Source: Escherichia phage SECphi4
Strand: one strand, 5' to 3'
Length of the DNA stretch: 44,569 nt
Sequence record: MT331608
In this document: positions 8,323 through 16,913 of the stretch, one piece after another
Position numbering within the stretch: position 1 is the stretch's first letter
Layout: each line of letters opens with the position of its first letter
The notes under the pieces: generated by a model
Databases searched by the model: none
What the model saw: the letters and a program-made list of their open reading frames with translations, nothing else
What the model was told of the DNA's origin: nothing
Translations under genes and position numbers: made by a program

Positions 8323-9048
8323 TTAACGGCGGCGACGTTTACGAGGCTTTTCATCTTCGTCATCGTCTTCGTCATCGTCGCGGCGCTTGGATTTTTTGGA
8401 CTTGCGCGGTTTGTCGTCTTCGTCATCGTCATCACGACGTTTTGACTTCTTAGACTTGCGCGGTGCTTCGTCTTCGTCATCGTCGCCCAGGTCTTCGTCG
8501 GAACATGAAGACCCGCCACCTCCGAAGGCTTCGCCGTCTTCACGGAATCGCAGACCCAGCAAGCCAGCCCCGAGACCCTTGCCGTTGGTATTGTTCCATG
8601 CCCAAATATCAAGGGACACGTTGCAATAACAACCGGAGTAGATCTCCTGGCCTTCAATCTCGTCGCCGTCGATGGTCAGACCTTGTTCAGTCTGCTTCTC
8701 GCCGAGTGACGTTTGAATGATTGGCTGTTTGAACGATTTGGCGTTGATGTACAACATGCCTTCGAATTCTTCGGTTACTTCGTCGCGCTCGTCACCGTCG
8801 CGCACTGCGCATTCCTTAGAATCCTGGGCGTAGTGGCGGTCCATCCACTTATCGGCATTCTTCTCGGATTTCAGCTTGTCGGTGAGCACTGCGCGCGCTG
8901 CCGCTTCCACTTTGTCCACCTGCGGATCTTCTTTATCAAGAAGAATCACGGCGCGGTATGCCGGTTTTTGTCCATCCTGTTTCGGGGTATCACGTTCCCA
9001 GATTTTCAGGAAGCATACGCGCACTTTTTTCAGGTTGACTTTAGCCAT
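8323..9048 (-). CDS. Single-stranded DNA-binding protein (DUF2815 / T7 gp2.5-like) with mixed-charge repeat tail
   Basis: MAKVNLKKVRV N-terminus and glycine-rich core typical of DUF2815; C-terminal tandem PRKSKKSKRRDDD(D)EDD repeats. Confidence 0.7.
   Translation of the reverse strand: MAKVNLKKVRVCFLKIWERDTPKQDGQKPAYRAVILLDKEDPQVDKVEAAARAVLTDKLKSEKNADKWMDRHYAQDSKECAVRDGDERDEVTEEFEGMLYINAKSFKQPIIQTSLGEKQTEQGLTIDGDEIEGQEIYSGCYCNVSLDIWAWNNTNGKGLGAGLLGLRFREDGEAFGGGGSSCSDEDLGDDDEDEAPRKSKKSKRRDDDDEDDKPRKSKKSKRRDDDEDDDEDEKPRKRRRR
8326..8490. repeat. Imperfect tandem DNA repeat (about 57-bp unit) encoding the SSB C-terminal repeats
   Basis: Repeated ...gacttgcgcgg...cgtcttcgtcatcgtc... units visible in the sequence. 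Confidence 0.7.
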
Positions 9049-9138
9049 TTTCCAATTCCTCATTTTCACATTTATCGGGGTTATTGGAAGCCACCCCGTT
9101 CGGCTTGGTTGCTAATTTACTTGGTTGCGCCGGAGCGG

Positions 9139-9381
9139 TCAAGCATTTTCATTAAAAAGATTTCTGGTAACGTAGTTGGTCGCGTTCTCGATCCAGCTTA
9201 ACGGCGGTCGGTCGATGTTCTTCTCCACCAAGCCGACGGCAGCGTCGTTATAGCCGTCATCCAGCCAGCGGGTCGGATGTCGAATCATCCAGGCCACCAT
9301 TAATACGCACTGCACACAATGCAGGATAAAGCCCAGCGCGCCGATAACAAACATCAATAAGATTGCGAACACTTTATTCAT
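9139..9381 (-). CDS. Small membrane protein
   Basis: 80-aa ORF with hydrophobic N-terminal helices; GAGGA SD. Confidence 0.5.
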   Translation of the reverse strand: MNKVFAILLMFVIGALGFILHCVQCVLMVAWMIRHPTRWLDDGYNDAAVGLVEKNIDRPPLSWIENATNYVTRNLFNENA

Positions 9382-10792
9382 TGCTTAAGTCCTCGTCAGT
9401 AGCTTCAGACCACGCAGGGCGCGGGTCGTCGATTGGTGCTAATGCCGGTTTAGCCGGTGCGCGCGTGATTTTATCACACAGCTTCGCCCATACTTTCGGT
9501 TTCTCGTCCTTCAGTACCTTCTCGGCATCCGTAGGACTGAGCAATGTTTCTTTGTACATCACATCGCGCTTGATCCGGGCCTTCGTGAAGATTTCAATCA
9601 CTTCGCTCTCGTCCGCCCACTTGCGATTCCCTTCCTTACCGGCAACCATCTTGAGGCCCAGCGATTCGCCATCGCCTGCCATTACGGCCTTGAATACAGC
9701 GGACTCGATAGCCTTGATGTGCTGGCGCATTGCGTCAAGACCTTCATATGCCTTGCGCAGTTCCGCGGAGGTCATAGCGCCTGGTGCCGCTTCTTTCTTG
9801 CCACGCTTCGCACGTCGTGCCGCTTTGCGGGCTTTGCGGTCGTGATTGGCGCATTCTTCCTCTGTCGCAATACTCACGTCGTCGCCCAGGTCTTCGTCTG
9901 TTGCCGTTGGTGGGGTCATCGTGTCGATTGCGGCCTTAGCGCGGGCGCTACACTGATCCGCAAATCTGCACCACTGACACGCATCAACGCTCGGTCGGAA
10001 GTCGGCACTGGTGAGTCCCTTTTTGCCGCGGGCGTACGCTTCCCGGGCGGCGATAGCACGCTTGGACGCAAACTTCGCGAATATCTCCAGGGCTTCTACC
10101 GAAATATCCCACTCCGACGCCCCGCCGCAATACGGCTGGAAGATAACCAGGCGCACGGTCGTAATGTCGTACATGGTTTTCAGCTTGCGCAGCAGGCCCA
10201 GCGCATACAACATAAGCTGTTTGTTTTCTTTCGCCTCGACCTTATGCCGCCCCGTCTTCAGGTCGCCAACAATCAGCATGTACGTGCCGTCGGTCTTCTT
10301 CATGACCATGACCATATCTGCAGTTCCGAACGTCTTAACCCGGTTGCCGTCGATCTCGAAGCCAGAGTGTAGGACGCGGGTGAGATCGGCGCGCATCTCA
10401 AGCTGAACAAACTCCGCCACTTCGAGGAGCGGTCGCCAGTGGTCGATGTACGCGTCGCACTGTTTCACCATATCGTCATTGACCAGTACGCCGCCTTTCG
10501 GTGCTTTCGGGTGTGCCTTTACCGGCCCCTTACCTTCGTTCTCGACGTAGCACCCTTTGTACGTCTTCGCGGTTATCAGCTTCTCCCCGGCAATGATGCG
10601 GTTGAGCACGACTTCAGATACGGTGTGCATACTAGTACCGTTAATCGCCGCTTGCCCGGATTCGTTCGGGATACCTTGTTCTACCACCAGGGCGGCAGGG
10701 CAACCCATCCATTTTTTAGCACCGGATGGGCCGAGTAATGAATGCTCCGTGTTGCTACCGGATTGCGTTTTACGTTTTGGTTTAATCGCCAT
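9374..10792 (-). CDS. DUF2800-type PD-(D/E)XK (Cas4-like) nuclease
   Basis: N-terminal HSLLGPSGAKKWMGCP signature; 472 aa; adjacent to DUF2815 SSB and the polymerase. Confidence 0.7.
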   Translation of the reverse strand: MAIKPKRKTQSGSNTEHSLLGPSGAKKWMGCPAALVVEQGIPNESGQAAINGTSMHTVSEVVLNRIIAGEKLITAKTYKGCYVENEGKGPVKAHPKAPKGGVLVNDDMVKQCDAYIDHWRPLLEVAEFVQLEMRADLTRVLHSGFEIDGNRVKTFGTADMVMVMKKTDGTYMLIVGDLKTGRHKVEAKENKQLMLYALGLLRKLKTMYDITTVRLVIFQPYCGGASEWDISVEALEIFAKFASKRAIAAREAYARGKKGLTSADFRPSVDACQWCRFADQCSARAKAAIDTMTPPTATDEDLGDDVSIATEEECANHDRKARKAARRAKRGKKEAAPGAMTSAELRKAYEGLDAMRQHIKAIESAVFKAVMAGDGESLGLKMVAGKEGNRKWADESEVIEIFTKARIKRDVMYKETLLSPTDAEKVLKDEKPKVWAKLCDKITRAPAKPALAPIDDPRPAWSEATDEDLSNE

Positions 10793-10980
10793 TATTCCAC
10801 CCGTGTAAATTGAGCAATGTAATAATCGTGTTCAACATTGGCCTGCTTCGCGTCTGCGTTCATTGTAAAAGCCAGGGCGCAGGCTTTCCCCCAACAGCGA
10901 AGCCAGTTCTCATGCCTAGTTATTTCTGGTAGCTCGTCGCCAGTGATACGGCAACGAAATAAAACAAAGAATTCAGTCAT
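10792..10980 (-). CDS. Hypothetical protein
   Basis: 62-aa ORF with GGGAGA SD; overlaps neighbours by 1 nt. Confidence 0.4.
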   Translation of the reverse strand: MTEFFVLFRCRITGDELPEITRHENWLRCWGKACALAFTMNADAKQANVEHDYYIAQFTRVE

Positions 10981-11231
10981 TATTTTGTCTCCCAGCGGTC
11001 AATTGTTTTTGCTTCGGATGCAACGGCGAAGCGAACATATTCCAGATTGGAATCCGCCCAAATATAAAAGTAGGGGTTAGTAAAGGTGGTGCGCTTAATT
11101 TGCGCGGGGGTGTTACGGCGTTTATCTATTACGGCAACGCGTGACTGAAAGCTGCCGATGCGTTCGAATAGCCAATAATATGAGCGCTGGTCGCGGGAGT
11201 CCACCGCCTCGATTAGCGTGAAGCGTGCCAT
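10980..11231 (-). CDS. Hypothetical protein
   Basis: 83-aa ORF downstream of a terminator hairpin; GAGGACGAG SD. Confidence 0.45.
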   Translation of the reverse strand: MARFTLIEAVDSRDQRSYYWLFERIGSFQSRVAVIDKRRNTPAQIKRTTFTNPYFYIWADSNLEYVRFAVASEAKTIDRWETK

Positions 11232-11241
11232 TGTCTCGTCC

Positions 11242-11271
11242 TCTAAAAAGAGGCCCGCTAATCTGCGGGCC
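11242..11271 (-). terminator. Rho-independent terminator downstream of the acidic repeat protein gene
   Basis: Perfect 7-bp stem GGCCCGC/GCGGGCC with 6-nt loop followed by a U run on the minus strand. Confidence 0.6.
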
Positions 11272-11279
11272 GGAATATA

Positions 11280-11798
11280 TTAGTCTTCCAGTTCGAAATA
11301 GGTTTCGACGATTTCTTTTAACTCTGTGTGGAAGTCTTCGACGTCGTCGTCTTCCAGCTTGGCGATTGATTTGATCTCGAACGATTCCAGCAGGTCGTCG
11401 AATTCGTCGTTCGCGTCGTCGTCGTCACCACCAGCGATAATAGCGGCGTACTGTTTGATCTCGTCGCGCATCTCTGCCAGCGGGTCGGCATCTTTCTTGC
11501 CTTTGCCTTTCGCCGGAGCTTTTTTGGTTTTCGCCGGTTTTTCGTCTTCGGCTTCTTCATCGTCGTCATCTTCTACGACTTCTTTTTTGGCCTTACCTTT
11601 AGCCGGTGCTTTTTTGGTTTTCGCCGGTGCTTCGTCTTCGGTTTCATCGTCGTCATCTTCTACGACTTCTTTCTTAGCCTTAGACGGCTTCTTGTCTTCC
11701 TGCTTACCCACGGCAGCGCCAACGGTTTCATAATGCTTAGCGATGGTTTCCAGTGCTACTACGCCGCGAGTAATCAGGTTTACGATTTGTTCAAACAT
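11280..11798 (-). CDS. Mixed-charge tandem-repeat protein; first gene of the minus-strand arm
   Basis: ATG at 11796..11798 with GGAGA SD; 173 aa with two roughly 30-aa repeats KKEVVEDDDDE..PAKTKKAPAKGK and an acidic C-terminus. Confidence 0.6.
   Translation of the reverse strand: MFEQIVNLITRGVVALETIAKHYETVGAAVGKQEDKKPSKAKKEVVEDDDDETEDEAPAKTKKAPAKGKAKKEVVEDDDDEEAEDEKPAKTKKAPAKGKGKKDADPLAEMRDEIKQYAAIIAGGDDDDANDEFDDLLESFEIKSIAKLEDDDVEDFHTELKEIVETYFELED
11490..11690. repeat. Tandem 90-bp DNA repeat (2 copies) inside the acidic protein gene
   Basis: Near-identical gccgg(a/t)gcttttttggttttcgccgg...catcgtcgtcatcttctacgacttc units at about 11512 and 11602. Confidence 0.8.
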
Positions 11799-12138
11799 GG
11801 TATATCTCCGATTGGTTAAGTTTAGGTGTCGGCAGTTAACTTCGTCGGTGGCCTTAACATATTGCCAGGTTACGCGTTCTCCCGTTCGGGTAGTGGACCT
11901 GGTTATATAATCACGGTTGGGAATCCTGACACTTCGATCCGGCCCCTGCGTTGCCCCTCTCCAGTTTGCGTCCTGCATCCTGTCGACGAGGTGAATATTA
12001 GATTGGTTGCATGAGGGAGTCAACAACTAATTTAAAAAAAAGCGCCGAAGCAAAATGCGACGGCGCTAACCAATAAGAGACAATGAGACGGGAATTATTA
12101 TTACACGCGTGCGCGCCCGTTTCAATATTCCAGAGGAG

Positions 12139-12167
12139 TTGACACCCTGCGGTTTTAGGTGTAGTTT
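12139..12167 (+). promoter_or_regulatory. Candidate sigma70 promoter for the plus-strand arm (TTGACA-N17-TAGTTT)
   Basis: Perfect -35 hexamer with weak -10, about 35 nt upstream of the ATG at 12199. Confidence 0.3.
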
Positions 12168-12198
12168 CATTGGTCATTAACCAACCGGAGACAGAACA

Positions 12199-12528
12199 AT
12201 GAATATAAACGACGCAATCGAAATGTTAACTAAGACTGTTGGCAGTGAGACTAGCCGGTCCTGGGCCTATACCGATGCCGTGGGGGCTGTATTATTTGAA
12301 ATCGAACGTCTGCGACTTACCGAAAAAGAATTACGCGCGAAGCTGGAATTACTCAACGGTACGGCAGCCAGCAAGCTGCAAAAGCACAATGAGGAAATGG
12401 AAGAATATAAAAAACAGGTTATCCGTTTGCGCGCCGAGGGCAAATCCTGGGCGATGATTGCCGAGTTGACCGGAATTAATCAGAGCACAGTGCGCTCCTG
12501 GGTACGCAATAATAAAACTTCTAAGTAA
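12199..12528 (+). CDS. HTH DNA-binding protein (putative transcriptional regulator)
   Basis: 109 aa; C-terminal SWAMIAELTGINQSTVRSWV helix-turn-helix; GGAG SD. Confidence 0.55.
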   Translation: MNINDAIEMLTKTVGSETSRSWAYTDAVGAVLFEIERLRLTEKELRAKLELLNGTAASKLQKHNEEMEEYKKQVIRLRAEGKSWAMIAELTGINQSTVRSWVRNNKTSK

Positions 12529-12538
12529 GGCCGCGGCA

Positions 12539-14803
12539 ATGAGCTTAATTAAATTCGCTGTAACACGACCCGCTAAAAAAGGCGAAAAAGCCAGGGCGGA
12601 AAACTTCCAGATGACTACCGAAGAGTTTTTCGAATTTATCAATGATGCGAAAGAAATCTCCTCGGTGCATATCAACAAGACGGAAGATAAAGCCGAGTAT
12701 GCTCGCCGCAAGCGTAAGGCCGACGGCATCGTGGCGTATACCCGTGACGGCCTACGCCGCAAGACCAGTGCGGTGGACCGCTCGATCCTGTTCTTCGATA
12801 TCGACCGAACCAACACCCGCACCCTACGCCGCTGCCGTAAGGCGTTCATTGACGCGGGGCTGGAACACGTATTTCACACCACAACCGGCGACCGCCACCC
12901 GCTGAAAGGCGGCACGCGTTGCGCTCGATTCCTGGTACTCACTGACAAGCCTGTACCGGCTGAAGACCTGGGCCGCGTCCAGTATGCGCTATTACACCAA
13001 CTTGGTCTGTCAGATGTGGACTTCGACGATTGCACGAAAGACACAAACCGCCTGATGTACCTGCCACACCAGCAGTCTGTTATTAAGTGCCACTACGGCA
13101 AGCGCGCCCGTGTCCGTCGTCTGCTTCGCCTGGCTGACAAGCTGGGAGTTGAGAAGGAAGAAGTACGCCGCGAACTAACCCAGGGCGATGACGGCGTGGC
13201 GGACGGTATTCTGGATTGGTGCTTCCAGGCGGGATTCGAGGAGTTATCTTCCGGTCGCGGTTATGAAGTGCCGTGCCCGAACGAACATCTGCACAGCGGC
13301 GAAGGGTCGACGGCTATCATGGTCAAGGATGGCGAGATCCGTTTCAAGTGTATGCACACCGGCAACGAGTGTTGCTCGGAACTGAACAGACACCAGCACC
13401 TGGCGCTACGTCTTATTGGTATCCCGGACCACCTGAACGTCGAGCCACACAATATGTCCCGTAAGCAAATCGCCGCCACCCTTCCAGGTCTGGACGACGA
13501 AGAAGTCGAATCCTTATATGAACATATTGTTGATGCGGTCGGAGACGGCGACGAGTACGGCGTATGTACCGACGCTGACCTGGATAACGAACCGGTCGCA
13601 CTGTTCAGTAAGCACGACCCGATCATAGAAGGCCTGGTCAACTTCAAATCGACCTGGTATATGGCGGGTGAGTCGAATATCGGTAAGTCTTTCTACGTGC
13701 TGGGCCAGATGGGCGCGGTTGCCGCCGGTATTCCGTTTGGCGGTGCGAAGGTCGTACAGTCTCATTGCTTCTATTTCGACGCGGAAGGTGGCGAAGCCTC
13801 CAACCAGCGTAAAGAAGCATTGCAGATTAAATACGAGCACGACCTGGACAAGCTGCACATTATAGACCTGCAGTCACGCGGCTGGGATATCACCAGCAAA
13901 TCAGGCTTGCGCGAAGTTATCAGCTTTATCAACCGCACCGCTAACGGCGAACCGGTTGGCCTGGTGGCGTTCGACTCACTCAACCAGACTGTTGCGCTGC
14001 GGTCCGCCGATGCTAAACCGTTTGACGAGAACAACGCCAGCGATATGGGTGAAGTGGTCAAGGCGCTGAAGGCCATCGCGGAAAATACAGGTGGCAGTGC
14101 GGGCGTCATCCACCACCCGGCTAAAGGTGCAAACGGCAGCAGAACCCCACGCGGGTCCGGCGCGCTGCATGGTGCTGTCGATTCTGCGTTCTTCCTGGAA
14201 CAGCCGGACGACAACCAGCCCGGACAATTGAACCTGTATCATGAGAAGTCACGTAACGGCATCAAGCAAGCGCCGCGCGGCTTCGTCCTGCTCAAGTGCA
14301 AGGTGAAGGTGGATCTCCGCAAGTCAGAAGCGTTCGAGGCGCACCAGTCCAACAGCACCGGGCCAGACTTCGGCGATGTGGTTGCCGGATGGGACATCAA
14401 GCCGATTGCCTCCACGCCACGCGACGAGACTCTCTACCTCGTACCGGTTGCCCTGGCACCATTCGCTATTGAACAGGCGAAGGCGGCGGGCAAGGCCGCG
14501 GTTAAGGAAGAGAACACCGCCGGACCGCGCAACGAAAAAGAGAAAGTGCTTTATGCGGCACTGGAAAAACTGATGGAAGATAACCCGGACCATACTGGAT
14601 TCAGTAAATCGGCAATCGTCCGCCAGGCGGGACTCGCGAAAGGTGGAACTTCGACGAAGGCAATCGACGATATGGTGGCGCGCGGCGTGCTCGGTTTTTA
14701 TACAGACCCGCACACTGGGGCCATCTACGGGTCGTCGAATATCGTCATCAAAACGAACATACCCATCACGCTTTCGGCGACCGATGACGATTTAAAAGAT
14801 TAA
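12539..14803 (+). CDS. Primase-helicase (N-terminal primase-like domain, C-terminal RecA/DnaB-like ATPase)
   Basis: 754 aa; Walker A GESNIGKS in the C-terminal half. Confidence 0.7.
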   Translation: MSLIKFAVTRPAKKGEKARAENFQMTTEEFFEFINDAKEISSVHINKTEDKAEYARRKRKADGIVAYTRDGLRRKTSAVDRSILFFDIDRTNTRTLRRCRKAFIDAGLEHVFHTTTGDRHPLKGGTRCARFLVLTDKPVPAEDLGRVQYALLHQLGLSDVDFDDCTKDTNRLMYLPHQQSVIKCHYGKRARVRRLLRLADKLGVEKEEVRRELTQGDDGVADGILDWCFQAGFEELSSGRGYEVPCPNEHLHSGEGSTAIMVKDGEIRFKCMHTGNECCSELNRHQHLALRLIGIPDHLNVEPHNMSRKQIAATLPGLDDEEVESLYEHIVDAVGDGDEYGVCTDADLDNEPVALFSKHDPIIEGLVNFKSTWYMAGESNIGKSFYVLGQMGAVAAGIPFGGAKVVQSHCFYFDAEGGEASNQRKEALQIKYEHDLDKLHIIDLQSRGWDITSKSGLREVISFINRTANGEPVGLVAFDSLNQTVALRSADAKPFDENNASDMGEVVKALKAIAENTGGSAGVIHHPAKGANGSRTPRGSGALHGAVDSAFFLEQPDDNQPGQLNLYHEKSRNGIKQAPRGFVLLKCKVKVDLRKSEAFEAHQSNSTGPDFGDVVAGWDIKPIASTPRDETLYLVPVALAPFAIEQAKAAGKAAVKEENTAGPRNEKEKVLYAALEKLMEDNPDHTGFSKSAIVRQAGLAKGGTSTKAIDDMVARGVLGFYTDPHTGAIYGSSNIVIKTNIPITLSATDDDLKD

Positions 14804-14884
14804 ATTCTGCGCGCATTGGTTGCCGTTTTGAGTGTTTTTATCCGGTCGTATTGGTTGCCGTGTAGTGTAAATATAATGAATAGT

Positions 14885-15071
14885 TATGCAATAAAACTGC
14901 ATAAAGTAAGCGGGACAAAAAGCGGGACAAACAAGAGGCGGGACAAAGCGGGACAGCACCCCCGTCCCGCCCCGGATGACGCGGCCTGGATAGGAGCGGG
15001 ACAGGCGGGACAAACCCCAGTCTTTCAGACTAGACGGGGGTCAATGGCCCCCCTCGTCTGAGACTGAATAA
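14885..15071. repeat. Iteron element copy A: six or more GCGGGACA direct repeats plus a conserved imperfect palindrome
   Basis: Near-identical to 31562..31740, including a 55-bp identical block cccagtctttcagactagacgggggtcaatggcccccctcgtctgagactgaataa. Confidence 0.85.
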
Positions 15072-15226
15072 AATCCGGGGATTGCAAAATACACGGCAGC
15101 ATAATGCGAAGTGCGGTCGCGGATGAACTAGGCAACCAATGCGATTTGCATTATGCGAAGTGAAAAATGCAGTTTGCAGTTGCAGCAGATAGCGATCAAC
15201 TTTTTCATGCGCGTGATTAATATTGG

Positions 15227-15255
15227 TTGCATTCAACCCGGCGCCTTGCTATATT
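15227..15255 (+). promoter_or_regulatory. Sigma70-like promoter (TTGCAT-N17-TATATT) with ATTGGTTGCA copies at 15222 and 15253
   Basis: Same architecture as the minus-strand promoters; 21-bp block tatattggttgcacaccaaca is shared with the promoter at 25833. Confidence 0.5.
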
Positions 15256-15282
15256 GGTTGCACACCAACATGAGGGCGGAAC

Positions 15283-15462
15283 ATGAAAACCGAAATGGTT
15301 AATAAGCGCGAAATCAAGATCGGCGATACGGTAGTCCACAACGGGGAGCTTCGCACTGTGTGCAAGCGAGCGTTTAGCATCGATGAATTTATGGGCCTGC
15401 TACTTTGGGGCGACAGCTATCGTTTAGGGCATAAACTGGTTGAGAGGGTTACGGAACTATGA
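15283..15462 (+). CDS. Small hypothetical protein (59 aa)
   Basis: ATG with GAGGG SD; stop overlaps the next ATG; not in the ORF track because it is under 60 aa. Confidence 0.45.
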   Translation: MKTEMVNKREIKIGDTVVHNGELRTVCKRAFSIDEFMGLLLWGDSYRLGHKLVERVTEL

Positions 15463-15785
15463 AAGCGATTATCTGGAATTACGCAATGGCCATGGCAGCG
15501 GCACAAGAAGCGGCGGAGTTCGCCGGTGAAGGAGCGGAAGCGGTCGAAAGACTATCGGCAGCGTGGTCCGTTGTTCGCGTCACGCAGCAGGCCATCGCCT
15601 GTATGCTTGAGCGCCGCTTCGACACGATGGCTGAGATCCAGCCGCTGGCGAACGCAATCCAGGACTACGCGCTTGCATTTGCCCGTGAGCGCCTGGCGTA
15701 TCGCTTCGGGATCGGCGAGACGGCAGTGACAAACGTCGCCCGGATTAAAGCCCAGCGCGAACTATTCGCCCAGCTTGCGAAATAA
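15459..15785 (+). CDS. Hypothetical protein
   Basis: 108-aa ORF translationally coupled to neighbours. Confidence 0.5.
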   Translation: MKAIIWNYAMAMAAAQEAAEFAGEGAEAVERLSAAWSVVRVTQQAIACMLERRFDTMAEIQPLANAIQDYALAFARERLAYRFGIGETAVTNVARIKAQRELFAQLAK

Positions 15786-15794
15786 GGGGCCAAA

Positions 15795-16064
15795 ATGAGC
15801 CGCAGACGGGCGAAACTGCTTTCGTGGCATATTCCACTGCATTGCATACGAATATGGGCTAAGAATGCGACTGAGGGCGATTCTGTATTCTGGTGCTATC
15901 GCGACGACGTTAAGCCGTTGACGCAGACTCGCTACTTGCACCAGTTCGCAGCGCAACACGATTTCAGGGTGCGGACCTCCTTGCAACCAATGGGGATTCG
16001 TATTACATTACGCCGGAAGCCCGCCGTTGAGCGGGTAGGCAAACACTGGAGACTGAGCAAATGA
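15795..16064 (+). CDS. Hypothetical protein
   Basis: 89-aa ORF with AAGGGG SD. Confidence 0.45.
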   Translation: MSRRRAKLLSWHIPLHCIRIWAKNATEGDSVFWCYRDDVKPLTQTRYLHQFAAQHDFRVRTSLQPMGIRITLRRKPAVERVGKHWRLSK

Positions 16065-16213
16065 CACCAATGCAAATAGCACTAATGGCGGGATTCTCGC
16101 AGAAGTTTATTTCAGTAGACGCCTGCATAGATGACTACGAGTATAATGGCGTCGCTACGGTGTGCGATGGCGACACGAAGACTATCGAAGAGATCGAGGA
16201 GACTGAACTATGA
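16061..16213 (+). CDS. Small hypothetical protein (50 aa)
   Basis: ORF bridging two annotated ORFs with ATGA-type overlaps at both ends. Confidence 0.35.
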   Translation: MTPMQIALMAGFSQKFISVDACIDDYEYNGVATVCDGDTKTIEEIEETEL

Positions 16214-16770
16214 AATTACTATTCCGCCGCAAATCAGACGGGCGCATACTGAAGCCGATCCAGGTGCTGCCGAAATATGTGCGCATGTGCCATGAGCCGA
16301 GCGCCCGCGTATTCTGGTACAAGAAATCCGGCCTACATGAACATTTGCAGGTTGTGCATCACGACGTGCGGGTCGGGGATGTGCTGCGTGATAGCAACGA
16401 CGGCAAACTGTTCGTAGTCCAGCGCGTTAGTACTGTCAGCGTTATACTGCAAAGCCGCAATACACAGCGCGTCGTACCGCCCGAAGGCTTAATTAACTTC
16501 ACTCGCGTAGGTCGGAACTATTTGCTTAAGCAGTTCAAGCGCCCTGGCGGCGTGGCGAAAGATATTACCCGTACGGAGCACCCATATACCAAATATGATG
16601 CCTGTCAGGTTAACGCGCGCATGAATGCCGCCATGCGCGACCTGGTTGACAAGCAGTATGCTGTTCGCCAGGCTAACGACGACGCGAAGAGCTACGGCGT
16701 CGGGTTTATCCGTGTAGAACCAGACGGCAGCATGAAGGCCATCGACCCGCGCTCGGTGATTATGAAATGA
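16210..16770 (+). CDS. Hypothetical protein
   Basis: 186-aa ORF with no recognisable motif. Confidence 0.5.
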   Translation: MKLLFRRKSDGRILKPIQVLPKYVRMCHEPSARVFWYKKSGLHEHLQVVHHDVRVGDVLRDSNDGKLFVVQRVSTVSVILQSRNTQRVVPPEGLINFTRVGRNYLLKQFKRPGGVAKDITRTEHPYTKYDACQVNARMNAAMRDLVDKQYAVRQANDDAKSYGVGFIRVEPDGSMKAIDPRSVIMK

Positions 16771-16913
16771 GCGCGGCTATCCGTGATATGCTGATGCACA
16801 ACCGCTTTGAGATAGGCGGTCGGGTATTTCGCAATTACTTCGTGGCGCGAGCATGGGCGCGCCATATTGGCAAACCGGAAGGGGCAATTCGATGCTATAC
16901 GTCTTCGCGGTAG
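16767..16913 (+). CDS. Small hypothetical protein (48 aa)
   Basis: ATGA overlap with the upstream stop. Confidence 0.3.
   Translation: MSAAIRDMLMHNRFEIGGRVFRNYFVARAWARHIGKPEGAIRCYTSSR

Noticed and set aside
8463-8720. Plus-strand ORFs 8387..8629 and 8463..8720 inside the SSB repeat region
   Set aside because: Generated by the complement of the acidic/basic repeat (poly-Ser/Arg translation); antisense to the SSB gene
12009-12074. 21-codon ORF beginning ATGAGGGAG downstream of an ATTGGTTGCA copy
   Set aside because: Too short, with no conserved features; the region is more plausibly promoter or leader sequence, and the adjacent hairpin plus A8 reads better as a structural element
14885-15071. 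Possibility that the GCGGGACA arrays are a CRISPR array
   Set aside because: The repeat unit is only 8 bp with 2 to 10-bp gaps, far shorter than CRISPR repeats and spacers, and no cas genes are present
14816-15236. ORFs 14816..15061 (+) and 15030..15236 (-) overlapping the iteron element
   Set aside because: Their reading frames are produced by the GCGGGACA repeats themselves (poly-Gly/Thr/Arg translations); there is no SD and the region is better explained as non-coding
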